From Nitrospirota bacterium (GTDB lineage: Bacteria; Nitrospirota; Thermodesulfovibrionia; Thermodesulfovibrionales; Dissulfurispiraceae), in NCBI GenBank assembly GCA_963710375.1, contig CAVPZX010000004.1, positions 256,001 through 320,000 of the forward strand: 64,000 nucleotides of DNA, in the 5' to 3' direction. Below the pieces are notes generated by a model that was not told where the DNA came from, made no database searches, and was given only the letters and a program-made list of their open reading frames with translations. Shown piece after piece: positions 19,552-28,462 of this stretch. A program made the position numbers and the translations under genes. Position 1 is the stretch's first letter. The number at the start of each line of letters is the position of its first letter.

Positions 19552-20163
19552 ATGAAAATTTTTATTATCACTATGATGGGACTGTCACTTATATTCTTCG
19601 CAGCTACCACGGTCATGGCTGCAACCAATCTTGAGACGGCGACCTTCGCAGGCGGCTGTTTCTGGTGCATGGTACCCGCCTTCGACAAGATCCCGGGCGT
19701 GGTTTCGGTAACATCCGGATACACGGGCGGGGGGAAAAAGAATCCCACTTACGAAGAGGTCTCGGCCGGAGGAACTGGCCACGCCGAGTCGGTTCAAATC
19801 GTCTATGACCCGGCGAAAGTAACCTACGAAAAGCTCCTGGACGTTTTTTGGCACAACATTGACCCTACTACCAAGGACCGTGAGTTCTGTGATGTGGGGC
19901 ACCAGTATCGGAGTGCCATTTTTTATCAAAATGAAGAGCAGCACCGGCTGGCGCTGCAGTCAAAGGAACAGCTGGAAAAGAACAAACCCTTCAAAGCACC
20001 TATTGTAACAGAGATTGTGCAGGCAACTGAGTTCTACCCTGCAGAGGAATACCATCAGAACTATTACAAGAAGAACCCGATCCGTTACCATTACTACCGT
20101 TGGTCATGCGGTCGTGACCAAAGACTTAAGGACCTTTGGGGCGCTGCTGCGGGTCACGAATAG
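19552..20163 (+). CDS. msrA: Peptide-methionine (S)-S-oxide reductase with signal peptide
   Basis: FAGGCFWC, SGYTGG, TGHAE, QYRSAIF, AEEYHQNYY. Confidence 0.95.
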   Translation: MKIFIITMMGLSLIFFAATTVMAATNLETATFAGGCFWCMVPAFDKIPGVVSVTSGYTGGGKKNPTYEEVSAGGTGHAESVQIVYDPAKVTYEKLLDVFWHNIDPTTKDREFCDVGHQYRSAIFYQNEEQHRLALQSKEQLEKNKPFKAPIVTEIVQATEFYPAEEYHQNYYKKNPIRYHYYRWSCGRDQRLKDLWGAAAGHE

Positions 20164-20177
20164 CTGAGGAGGCAGTT

Positions 20178-21629
20178 GTGGCAAAATATGATTATGATAT
20201 AGGCATTCTGGGCGGCGGCGCAGCAGGCCTTACTATTGCGTCAGGAGCAGCACAGTTTGGCGCCAAGGCACTTCTTATAGAAAGGGAAAAATCATTGGGT
20301 GGAGACTGTCTTCATTTCGGTTGTGTTCCGAGTAAAACGCTTATCAGGACGGCAAATGTTTATCATCTCATGAAAACCGCCGAAAAATACGGTCTCCCGC
20401 ATGTTGATCTAAAGCCTGTGGATTATCGTGAAGTGGCAAAAAGGATCCAGTCGGTTATAAGTGTTATACAGGAGCATGATTCCGGCGAAAGGTTCTGTGA
20501 ACTGGGTGCAAGGGTTGAATTCGGGAATGCGAGCTTCACAGACGAGCATAGTGTCAGGTTAAATGGGGGAAAATATTCAGCTAAGAGCTGGGTCATCGCC
20601 ACAGGATCTTCACCTGCGATCCCTCCCATAGAAGGCATAGACAAGACTCCTTATATAACAAATAAAGAGATTTTTTCTCTGTCCAGTCTTCCAAAATCAA
20701 TGATAGCCATCGGAGGAGGCCCCATATCAAGCGAGTTAGCCCAGGCATTCAACAGACTAGGAACAAAGGTCACTGTGGTAGAACTCGGCAATCAGGTTCT
20801 AGGAGTTGAGGACAAAGACATGGCAGACCGTCTTATGAATGTCCTAATCTCCGAGGGCATAATATTCCATTTGAGCTCTTCAATCCTCTCGGTAAGAGAT
20901 CTTGGCAATGAAAAAGAAGTTGTTATTAAGGACAACGGTGGCAACACCCTGAGTCTAAGGGCCGAGACCATACTTGTTGCAGCCGGGAGACAAGCCAACC
21001 TGAAAGGACTCGGCATTGAGGACATCTCTCTCGAATTCGACAAAAAAGGCTTGAAAGTGGACGAGTGGCTGAGAACAAGCCATAGGCATATCTTTGCCGC
21101 AGGTGATGTCACAGGGGCCTATCAGTTTACCCATGCAGCCGGATATGAAGGCGGCATTGTGCTCAGCAATGCTATTCTTCACCTGCCGAGGGCAACGGAC
21201 TATACGAACTTTCCCTGGTGTACATATACCGACCCTGAGCTTGCAAGCATAGGAATGAACGAAAAAAGAGCCACAGCAGCGGGTATACATTATTCTGTCT
21301 GGACCGAAAAGTTTAAGACCAATGACAGAAGTCTCGCAGAAGGAGAAGAAGCAGGAATAATAAAGCTTCTCCTGGATGAGCACGAAAAACCTATCGGCAT
21401 CCAGATCCTGGGGCCTCAGGCAGGAGAATTGGTCAGTGAATGGGTGTCTATTATGAATGGAAAAGTTAAACTTTCTACTATTGCATCAGCCGTTCATCCT
21501 TATCCCACCCTCGGGGAGATCAATAAGAAAGTCGTTGGGAATTTTTTTTCCAGCAAGATTTTCTCCGACAAGGTAAAAAAGGCACTGAAATTCTTTTTTA
21601 ATCTAAAGGGGAGAGCTTGCGGAGCATAG
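20178..21629 (+). CDS. Flavoprotein disulfide reductase (lipoamide dehydrogenase/mercuric reductase-like)
   Basis: GGGAAG, GGDCLHFGCVPSK, AAGDVTG, HPYPT; GTG start with GAGGAGG SD. Confidence 0.88.
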   Translation: MAKYDYDIGILGGGAAGLTIASGAAQFGAKALLIEREKSLGGDCLHFGCVPSKTLIRTANVYHLMKTAEKYGLPHVDLKPVDYREVAKRIQSVISVIQEHDSGERFCELGARVEFGNASFTDEHSVRLNGGKYSAKSWVIATGSSPAIPPIEGIDKTPYITNKEIFSLSSLPKSMIAIGGGPISSELAQAFNRLGTKVTVVELGNQVLGVEDKDMADRLMNVLISEGIIFHLSSSILSVRDLGNEKEVVIKDNGGNTLSLRAETILVAAGRQANLKGLGIEDISLEFDKKGLKVDEWLRTSHRHIFAAGDVTGAYQFTHAAGYEGGIVLSNAILHLPRATDYTNFPWCTYTDPELASIGMNEKRATAAGIHYSVWTEKFKTNDRSLAEGEEAGIIKLLLDEHEKPIGIQILGPQAGELVSEWVSIMNGKVKLSTIASAVHPYPTLGEINKKVVGNFFSSKIFSDKVKKALKFFFNLKGRACGA

Positions 21630-21898
21630 TCGCCCTGCGGGCGTAAGCCCTGAACTGGCTGTTCTTTGTCCTTAGTTTCACTCAGTCTATCTGATTCATA
21701 CTGCCAATTACTGTCAGCAGCGGTGCCGAGGATTGCCGGTCTGCGGGTTCCAGCGTTGGAAAAAACAAAGCAAAATAATAGCTAATTTATAGTTTGCAGT
21801 TGTCACGGAGTATGCATCTGTGATAGTATGTAAGTAATATAGCCGTGATTTAATATTGAAATTAGAATCTGCAAATCGTATGGCAGGAGGTTACTGAC

Positions 21899-22072
21899 AT
21901 GCAGACAATTAAGGAACCAGAGACACCAGTACAGAAGGACAAGCAGTTTCAGTTGCGTATTCCGTTTGAGGTTTGGGACAAGGCCCGTAGGCTGGCAGGG
22001 GCAGAGGCGATCAGCCTGCATGATTTTATCATCGCAGCGTTGATCGAGAAAGTTGACAAAGGGGGCAAATAG
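21899..22072 (+). CDS. 57-aa ribbon-helix-helix (Arc/HicB-like) DNA-binding protein, not in the ORF track
   Basis: MQTIKEPETPVQKDKQFQLRIPFEVWDKARRLAGAEAISLHDFIIAALIEKVDKGGK; GGAGG SD; stop abuts the next ATG. Confidence 0.7.
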   Translation: MQTIKEPETPVQKDKQFQLRIPFEVWDKARRLAGAEAISLHDFIIAALIEKVDKGGK

Positions 22073-22375
22073 ATGGCTAAGCCGGTTAAAAAAACATTGC
22101 GTGAAAAGTGCTTAGAGGACGCCAATAAAATCGATGAGCTTCGCTACTGCTTAGACCAGGACAGGCCGTACGAAGAGCTGGGCTTTTTCCGTGGGCGTCG
22201 GAGACCAGAAAAGGACGTTCTGGAAGGTGAGTGGTCGATTGCCGGGATTCTGGAGGAGGCCGCCTATATAATCGAACACATAAAAGAGGACGAACCCGAT
22301 CTAACCGCAGAGGACCGGTCGCAAATCCGCCAGTTGGAGAAGTTCATCAAAAAATGGCAGGACAAGAAAGCCTAG
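22073..22375 (+). CDS. Hypothetical protein coupled to the RHH gene
   Basis: 100-aa charged ORF starting directly after TAG at 22072. Confidence 0.6.
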   Translation: MAKPVKKTLREKCLEDANKIDELRYCLDQDRPYEELGFFRGRRRPEKDVLEGEWSIAGILEEAAYIIEHIKEDEPDLTAEDRSQIRQLEKFIKKWQDKKA

Positions 22376-22420
22376 AAAGAAGCCAGCCGGCGGTAAGTCG
22401 TATAACTCATCGGAAATAAT

Positions 22421-22444
22421 TGGCGGGAGCGTGTGGGAATCGAA
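22421..22444 (-). repeat. att-like duplicate of the tRNA-Sec 3' end
   Basis: tggcgggagcgtgtgggaatcgaa is identical to 23273-23296. Confidence 0.92.
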
Positions 22445-22450
22445 GAGTAC

Positions 22451-22894
22451 CTATGCTTTATTTATAAGTGGTAAAAAGTTTGACAGGGAAATAACAATTA
22501 CGCCGTATTGCAACAACAGCGATGAAATCTTTTTATCGTCACTAATATCCTTATCACCGGTCAAAAGATAGTTTGCTTTTCCACGGATGGCAGTTTCAAT
22601 AATTATATTGTCATCCGGGTCACGGCACACAGTAATATCATTTTTCAGTGTCACATGTTCCGCTTTGTCTTTTATGAGCGTGACTAAATCCCGGATTTCT
22701 TTTTCAGGTATGTGATATTTCAAGGAAAACTTTGGACGGGTTAAAACTTCGTATATTTCTAAAATTTGCTGCTCGGATATAACAACACTGAATTTGCCTG
22801 TTTTCCACTCGTCAACTAGTTTTGTAGCGGTTGCTGATGTGGCAATGAGTCCAGATATCCAAATATTGGTATCTATTACGACTTTAACAGGCAC
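22451..22894 (-). CDS. PIN-domain (VapC-like, PIN_3) toxin
   Basis: KVVIDTNIWISGL, CRDPDDN, LLTGDKD. Confidence 0.9.
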   Translation of the reverse strand: MPVKVVIDTNIWISGLIATSATATKLVDEWKTGKFSVVISEQQILEIYEVLTRPKFSLKYHIPEKEIRDLVTLIKDKAEHVTLKNDITVCRDPDDNIIIETAIRGKANYLLTGDKDISDDKKISSLLLQYGVIVISLSNFLPLINKA

Positions 22895-23123
22895 GCCTGC
22901 TCTTACGCACTTCTTTGATCGCGTCTTTTATGTCAGTTTCTATTTCCTTTGTAGAGAACATGGCAGTCTTGCTGCGGATAGATTTGAGTGCCTTGTCAAA
23001 TTTTCTCTGCCAGTCCTTGTCAGAAAGAATCTGTATCTGGACCTGCTGTTTATCTTTAAGACGTATTTTTTTTAACGGTTTAAAAACACCGTTTTCATAA
23101 ATAGCATCGATAGTTTTTGGCAT
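22884..23123 (-). CDS. AF2212/DUF104-family antitoxin
   Basis: MPKTIDAIYENGVFKPL; overlaps the toxin start; GGAGG SD. Confidence 0.88.
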   Translation of the reverse strand: MPKTIDAIYENGVFKPLKKIRLKDKQQVQIQILSDKDWQRKFDKALKSIRSKTAMFSTKEIETDIKDAIKEVRKSRRAC

Positions 23124-23272
23124 TTTATTCCTCCGTGTCTTAACGATAGCATATGGTCATTAGAGGACGCAACCGGCAAAAAGACCATAAGAATATGTTT
23201 ATCTGTTCACGGTTTGTTCACGCTATTTCTTTACATATCATTCAGCTAACTTAATCTAATTAAATGATAAAG

Positions 23273-23370
23273 TGGCGGGAGCGTGTGGGAATCGAACCCA
23301 CCCTGCCGGTTTGTGGCCGGCAACACTGGATTTGAAGTCCAGGAGGGACACCAGAACCCTATGCACTCCC
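23273..23370 (-). tRNA. selC: tRNA-Sec (anticodon UCA)
   Basis: Reverse complement GGGAGTGC...CTGGA-CTTCAAA-TCCAG...long variable arm...GTGGG-TTCGATT-CCCAC...GCCA; 98 nt, 8/5 fold. Confidence 0.95.
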
Positions 23371-23390
23371 AAATGTTTGAAATATTTGTA

Positions 23391-23420
23391 ATTTTACCAC
23401 CTTTTTATCGTCATTCTCAA
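23391..23420 (-). promoter_or_regulatory. Putative sigma70 promoter of selC
   Basis: TTGAGA-N18-TAAAAT with TG extension on the minus strand, about 20 nt before the tRNA. Confidence 0.55.
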
Positions 23421-23590
23421 GCGTTAAATTTTGCTGTGTATATCAGTGTCATATGGCATGTCTGTAGAAGTTGTACCGCCTACCTTTTTTTGCTATCCTT
23501 ATACATAACATCTCCGGCCTTTGGCAACGGAGCGGTTATTGATGGATTTCGAGATAAGAATGCACAAGCATTTGACAATAGGAGGGAGCT

Positions 23591-24010
23591 ATGAGAACAA
23601 CGTCTAAAGTGCTTGTCATTTGGGCGGTGATGGTCGTGCTGTTTGCAGGGTGTGCGAGTCTCCAGCCGCAGGTTGCTTTGAGCGAGAAAGAGAGCAAAAA
23701 AGTCGTGGAGTTGAAAGCAGAAAGCTTCAAATTCGAACCCAACAATATAAGGGTCTTTGAAGGAGATACGATCCTTTTCCGCATAGAAAACAGTTCTGAT
23801 TCGGCTCACAACTTTACGATCACAAACCCTCAGCAGCAGATACTACAGAGCGTGGATCTTCCTGCCAAGAAAGCGGTGGATATCAACGTCTCCTTTGCAG
23901 AGCCCGGAGTCTACGAGTTCTACTGTGACAAACCCTTTCATTCCTTATTTGGCATGAAGGGACAGGTTGAAGTGGTGAAGAAACCTCTGGGTAGTGATGA
24001 GGGTAAATGA
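23591..24010 (+). CDS. Cupredoxin-domain lipoprotein
   Basis: Lipobox FAGC; type-1 Cu ligands AHNF...YCDKPFH...GM. Confidence 0.85.
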   Translation: MRTTSKVLVIWAVMVVLFAGCASLQPQVALSEKESKKVVELKAESFKFEPNNIRVFEGDTILFRIENSSDSAHNFTITNPQQQILQSVDLPAKKAVDINVSFAEPGVYEFYCDKPFHSLFGMKGQVEVVKKPLGSDEGK

Positions 24011-24498
24011 TGGGTGAGGGAGTAAAAACAACGCTGATCCTTGCACTCTTCTGTTTCTTTTATGCTGCGGCATCATCGGCCCAACCAGGTGATGTCGTGC
24101 ATGGCGACGACATCCTCGGCATGTGGCTGAACGAGGAGCGTGACGCCAAAATCGAGATATACAAGTGCGGGGAGGAATACTGCGGCAGAGTCGTCTGGAT
24201 GAAGAAGCCGGTCTATCCGGTGGGAGATTCTCATGGCCGGGCCGGACAGCCAAGGCTGGATGATAATAACACTGATCCAGGACTCAGAAACCGTCCGATA
24301 GCGGGTCTTAAGATTATGGACGGCTTCATCTTTGACGGAAAGAATGAATGGCAGCGGGGCACGGTCTATGATCCAAAGAATGGCAAAACATATAAAGGAA
24401 AGATGTCCCTTGCCACTCCGGATGCCCTGCGTCTAAGGGGATATGTCCTTTTTCCGATCTTCGGGCGCACTGCCGCATGGACGCGAGTGGACCGCTGA
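24007..24498 (+). CDS. DUF2147 family exported protein
   Basis: Signal peptide, GMWL, CGRVVW, GTVYDPKNGKTY, LRGY..GRT..W. Confidence 0.88.
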   Translation: MMGEGVKTTLILALFCFFYAAASSAQPGDVVHGDDILGMWLNEERDAKIEIYKCGEEYCGRVVWMKKPVYPVGDSHGRAGQPRLDDNNTDPGLRNRPIAGLKIMDGFIFDGKNEWQRGTVYDPKNGKTYKGKMSLATPDALRLRGYVLFPIFGRTAAWTRVDR

Positions 24499-24550
24499 CC
24501 GGCGGCTCTGACCCTCTGCGGGAAATGGTTGAATCAGGGAGCACACCTCT

Positions 24551-25978
24551 ATGGAAGTCTTAATTATAAGTACTAACACTAACCGCCTTCCCATGCCTGT
24601 CATGCCATACGGGGCTTGTATTGTTGCGGAGGCCGCGGAAAGGGCCGGGCATGGAGTGAAACTATTGGATTTAATGTTCGAACACAATTCATTACTAGCA
24701 GTGGAATCTGCGCTGCTGCATCATACATACGACGTCATCGGGCTTTCCATACGAAATATCGATAATAACGACATTCAGCATCCAGCTTTCTTTTTGAAAG
24801 ATCTAAGGCCTATTGTGCGCACCATACGGGCATTTTCTGATGCCCCTATAGTCCTCGGAGGCGCAGCCCTTGGGGTCATGCCTGAGGAAATTTTAAAGTA
24901 TTCCGGTGCATCATACGCAATTATCGGAGAAGGGGACCGGACGTTTATAATCTTGCTCAAGGCCATATCATCCTCTAATCCGCCATACCGCATTCCTGGC
25001 GTTGCATGGATAGAAGACGGAGTTTACCGGCATATCCCACGTGTGCCAGGCAGTTGCTCCGGCACGTGCATTGTGCCCGATTACCACCACTGGATTGATG
25101 TTAAAGCATATGCTTCGGGGATGGCTACAGTTCCGGTACAAACAAAGCTTGGCTGTCATTTCAGATGCGTCTATTGCACCTATCAAAAAATCGAAGGTTC
25201 GGGGTATCGGCTCGCATCTCCCGAGAGCGTTTCTGACGCGATAGGGCGGCTTGAAGCGGATGGGTTTCGGAACATAGAATTCGTAGATAACGTCTTTAAT
25301 TCTCCGCATGATCATGCCCTGGATATATGTGACAGACTGGCCCGCATGCGTCATAGAACCCGGTTACAGAGCATCGAACTCAATCCACTCCACTTTGATC
25401 ATGAATTAATGAATGCTATGGAACATGCAGGTTTTGTCGGCATAGGAATAACCGCAGAAAGCGCATCGGGGCAGGTGCTCAAGGGGTTGGGAAAAGGATT
25501 TTCAGAGGAAACGGTCTATCAGGCGGCCCGTGTCGTAAAAAACTGCAAGTTCCCATGCCTATGGATATTTCTCATAGGTGGACCGGGTGAAACGAAACGA
25601 ACGGTTGAAGAAACATTGCGTTTTGCGTCTACACAGATTCGCCGCGGTGACACCATTTTTTTCAATGCGGGAATACGTATTTATCCAGGGACAGAGCTCG
25701 AAGCGATTGCAAGGACCGAGGGGGTGCTCACCATCCCGAGGGATGACATGCTTGAACCTGTCTTTTATTTTTCTCCGGAGATAGAATTGGAATGGGTTGA
25801 CCGCCGGTTAAGAGAATTCATTGATACTCATTTAAACGTCGTCAATTCTGATGCCATCAGCCTTCCGCTACTAATAAAAATTAACCGGTTCGCCGGGCGC
25901 TTGGGAGTTCAGCCTCCCTTATGGAGGCACACACGTCCTATCAGGCGTATTCTGCGATACACAGGAGTTTATCGATGA
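24551..25978 (+). CDS. Cobalamin-binding radical SAM protein
   Basis: N-terminal B12-binding domain (GLSIRNID, VLGGAA), CxxxCxxC in GCHFRCVYC, GGPGET. Confidence 0.9.
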   Translation: MEVLIISTNTNRLPMPVMPYGACIVAEAAERAGHGVKLLDLMFEHNSLLAVESALLHHTYDVIGLSIRNIDNNDIQHPAFFLKDLRPIVRTIRAFSDAPIVLGGAALGVMPEEILKYSGASYAIIGEGDRTFIILLKAISSSNPPYRIPGVAWIEDGVYRHIPRVPGSCSGTCIVPDYHHWIDVKAYASGMATVPVQTKLGCHFRCVYCTYQKIEGSGYRLASPESVSDAIGRLEADGFRNIEFVDNVFNSPHDHALDICDRLARMRHRTRLQSIELNPLHFDHELMNAMEHAGFVGIGITAESASGQVLKGLGKGFSEETVYQAARVVKNCKFPCLWIFLIGGPGETKRTVEETLRFASTQIRRGDTIFFNAGIRIYPGTELEAIARTEGVLTIPRDDMLEPVFYFSPEIELEWVDRRLREFIDTHLNVVNSDAISLPLLIKINRFAGRLGVQPPLWRHTRPIRRILRYTGVYR

Positions 25979-27042
25979 ACAAAGCGATTGATCACCCGGT
26001 CTACATAGCATCTCTGGCGACAGCAACGCCGCCTTCCACTTTCTCCCAGAGCTATGCAAAGGAGGTGCTTTCAAGGCGCTTTGCTGACATACTAACTCAT
26101 AGGAGTCTGGCAATATTGCGGATGCTATTCGATCACCCCAGCATCAAGCAGCGCCATTACGCTCATGATGATCCCGAGCGTATTCCTGACGAAACACCTG
26201 ACGACCGTATTGCCCGGTTCACTCGCTGGGCTATTGACCTGTCTGCCGAGGCGGCGACAAAGGCTCTTGCCCTGGCCGGCCTCGACGTCTCATCGGTTTC
26301 CGGACTCGTTGTCAATACATGCACGGGGTATATATGTCCGGGAATATCGACGTACCTGATAGAACGGATGGGTCTGCGCCGGACAACACCGGTGTTCGAT
26401 CTCGTCGGAAGCGGCTGCGGAGGCGCAATCCCGAATTTGCAGGTTGCCTCGGCGCTTTTGAGCGGTATTGAGGACGGAGTGGTGGTAAGCATATCAGTAG
26501 AGATCTGCAGCGCTACATTTCAGATAGGCAATGACCTTAGCCTGCTCGTTTCCAATTCGCTTTTCGGAGACGGGGCAGCTGCAGCGGTTATTTGGAGGCG
26601 CCCCTCGGGGCTTGAGCTTGTTGCCTCCTCCAGCTATTATGCACCTGAACACAGGGAATCGATAAGGTATGTCCATAAGAACGGGCAGCTTTACAACCAG
26701 CTTTCGATGCAGCTGCCGAATCTCGTGAAGGTCGCCGCTGCGGAAGTAGTGGATGCACTGTTAACACCGCGCAAACTCCGCACCGGAGACATCGCTCACT
26801 GGGCGATTCACACGGGAGGAGAGAAGATTTTAAATGCTGTAAGAGATAAGTTGGGGCTGGAAGAATCGCAGTTAAAAGCGAGCAGAAATGTTCTGGAAAA
26901 CTACGGCAATATGTCCTCTCCGACAGCGCTGTACGTCCTTGATGAAATCATGGGGAATGGCCTTAAGGCTGGTGAACTGTGTCTGATGGTCGCCTTCGGA
27001 GCCGGGCTGTCAGCCCATGCGCTGCTGTTGCAAAAAAAGTAG
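25975..27042 (+). CDS. Type III polyketide synthase (chalcone/stilbene synthase family)
   Basis: Triad Cys (GSGCGG), His (WAIHTGG), Asn (YGNMSS); FGDGAAA; AFGAG; ATGA overlap with the rSAM gene. Confidence 0.92.
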   Translation: MNKAIDHPVYIASLATATPPSTFSQSYAKEVLSRRFADILTHRSLAILRMLFDHPSIKQRHYAHDDPERIPDETPDDRIARFTRWAIDLSAEAATKALALAGLDVSSVSGLVVNTCTGYICPGISTYLIERMGLRRTTPVFDLVGSGCGGAIPNLQVASALLSGIEDGVVVSISVEICSATFQIGNDLSLLVSNSLFGDGAAAAVIWRRPSGLELVASSSYYAPEHRESIRYVHKNGQLYNQLSMQLPNLVKVAAAEVVDALLTPRKLRTGDIAHWAIHTGGEKILNAVRDKLGLEESQLKASRNVLENYGNMSSPTALYVLDEIMGNGLKAGELCLMVAFGAGLSAHALLLQKK

Positions 27043-27088
27043 ATAAAGAGTCGGGATTAAGGTGACAGAGCATAAACATGATATAATT

Positions 27089-27258
27089 GGTAGTGGGCCA
27101 GTTTGTTTTTTCTCTTTATCACCTGGGTTATCAGTAGTGGGCGAGTAACGCCGAGCCCACCTATATAGAAGTGGCGACCACAGATAATGCGCAATATAGA
27201 CCAGTGATTGAATTAGACGGCTAATTGATACAGAGCAAAAACAAACTGGCCCACTACC
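27089..27258. mobile_element. 170-bp MITE (family C) with IS1-like ends and 8-bp target duplication
   Basis: TIRs ggtagtgggccagtttgttttt / aaaaacaaactggcccactacc; flanks ATATAATT and ATATAATC. Confidence 0.85.
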
Positions 27259-27334
27259 ATATAATCGGTTAACTTGATAATATCTGTATAATGTTGGATA
27301 GATTATTCTCTTCAGTAAGGAGAGTGAGGTTCTC

Positions 27335-28459
27335 ATGGCCCTCGTAATAGGTGTTCCAAAAGAGACGGTTAAGGGTGAGAATCGTGTTTCGGTCGTGCCT
27401 GAGGTTGCTAAGAAATTCAGGGCGCTGGGGGCGGATTTATGTATAGAGACCGGCGCCGGTGCCGGGAGCAGTTTCCGGGATGAGGATTTCGGGGAGGTGG
27501 ATATTGCTGCAGATGCTTCCGAGGTACATGCCAAATCCCAGGTCATCTTCAAGGTGCAGGCGCCTGCCTATGACGAAATTCGTGCGATGCACCAGGGCAG
27601 TATATTGATCGCTTTCCTCCGTCCCTTTGAGGACCCGGAACGTGCAAAACTATTATGTGATAGGAATATCACCAGCTTTGCCGTCGAAATGGTTCCGCGC
27701 ATTTCCCGCGCACAGAGCATGGACGCGCTCAGCTCACAGGCTACGGTGGCAGGTTATCTCTGTGCAATTATAGCTGCCGGGAAATGCCCGAAATTTTTTC
27801 CCATGATAACGTCAGCCGCAGGAACCCTGCGGCCGGCCCGGGTTCTGGTAATAGGCGTAGGGGTTGCAGGGCTGCAGGCGATAGCGACTGCCCACCGCCT
27901 CGGTGCGATTGTTGAAGCCTATGACGTGCGCCCTGAAACCAGGGAACAGGCTGAATCGGTCGGCGCAAGATTCATAGACACCGGTGTGTCTGCGAGCGGC
28001 GCCGGCGGGTATGCGAGGGAACTGACAGCAGAAGAAAGAAAGCTCCAGAACGAAAAGCTAGCAAAGGCTATTTCCCAGGTGGACGTACTGATCACCACGG
28101 CTGCCTTGCCCGGCAAAAAAAGCCCCCTTATCGTAACCAGTGAGATGGTGGCAGGGATGAAATGGGGCGCTATCGTTGTGGATATGGCTTCGGAAGGGGG
28201 TGGCAATGTCGCAGGTACACGGGCAGGCGAGACTGTGGTCATTGGCGGTGTCACCATCCTTGGTCCCGTCAACCTGCCATCACTCATGCCGGTCCATGCC
28301 TCGGAAATGTATTCCAGGAACCTGTTTAATTTTTTATCCCCTCATATTAAAGACGGCGCAATTAGCCTCGACTGGAGCGACGAGATCATTGCCGGAACCG
28401 TCTTTACACGTGGGGGAGAGATTCGAAATGAAAGCGTTAAAAGGGCATTGGGACTTTAA
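27335..28459 (+). CDS. pntAA: NAD(P) transhydrogenase subunit alpha part 1
   Basis: GVPKE..GENRV, RAQSMDALSSQ, GVGVAGLQA, GGYARE. Confidence 0.93.
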   Translation: MALVIGVPKETVKGENRVSVVPEVAKKFRALGADLCIETGAGAGSSFRDEDFGEVDIAADASEVHAKSQVIFKVQAPAYDEIRAMHQGSILIAFLRPFEDPERAKLLCDRNITSFAVEMVPRISRAQSMDALSSQATVAGYLCAIIAAGKCPKFFPMITSAAGTLRPARVLVIGVGVAGLQAIATAHRLGAIVEAYDVRPETREQAESVGARFIDTGVSASGAGGYARELTAEERKLQNEKLAKAISQVDVLITTAALPGKKSPLIVTSEMVAGMKWGAIVVDMASEGGGNVAGTRAGETVVIGGVTILGPVNLPSLMPVHASEMYSRNLFNFLSPHIKDGAISLDWSDEIIAGTVFTRGGEIRNESVKRALGL

Positions 28460-28462
28460 AAG

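Larger units (their letters stand above)
22421..23296. mobile_element. Minimal selC-integrated islet carrying only a toxin-antitoxin pair
   Basis: 24-bp direct repeats flank PIN toxin and antitoxin; tgttcacg direct repeat near the tRNA end; no integrase. Confidence 0.8.

Noticed and set aside
20178..21629. Mercuric reductase merA
   Set aside because: No C-terminal Cys-Cys pair, no NmerA domain and no mer genes nearby
23283..23594. 103-aa ORF starting MWESNPP
   Set aside because: Antisense translation of the tRNA-Sec gene and its promoter
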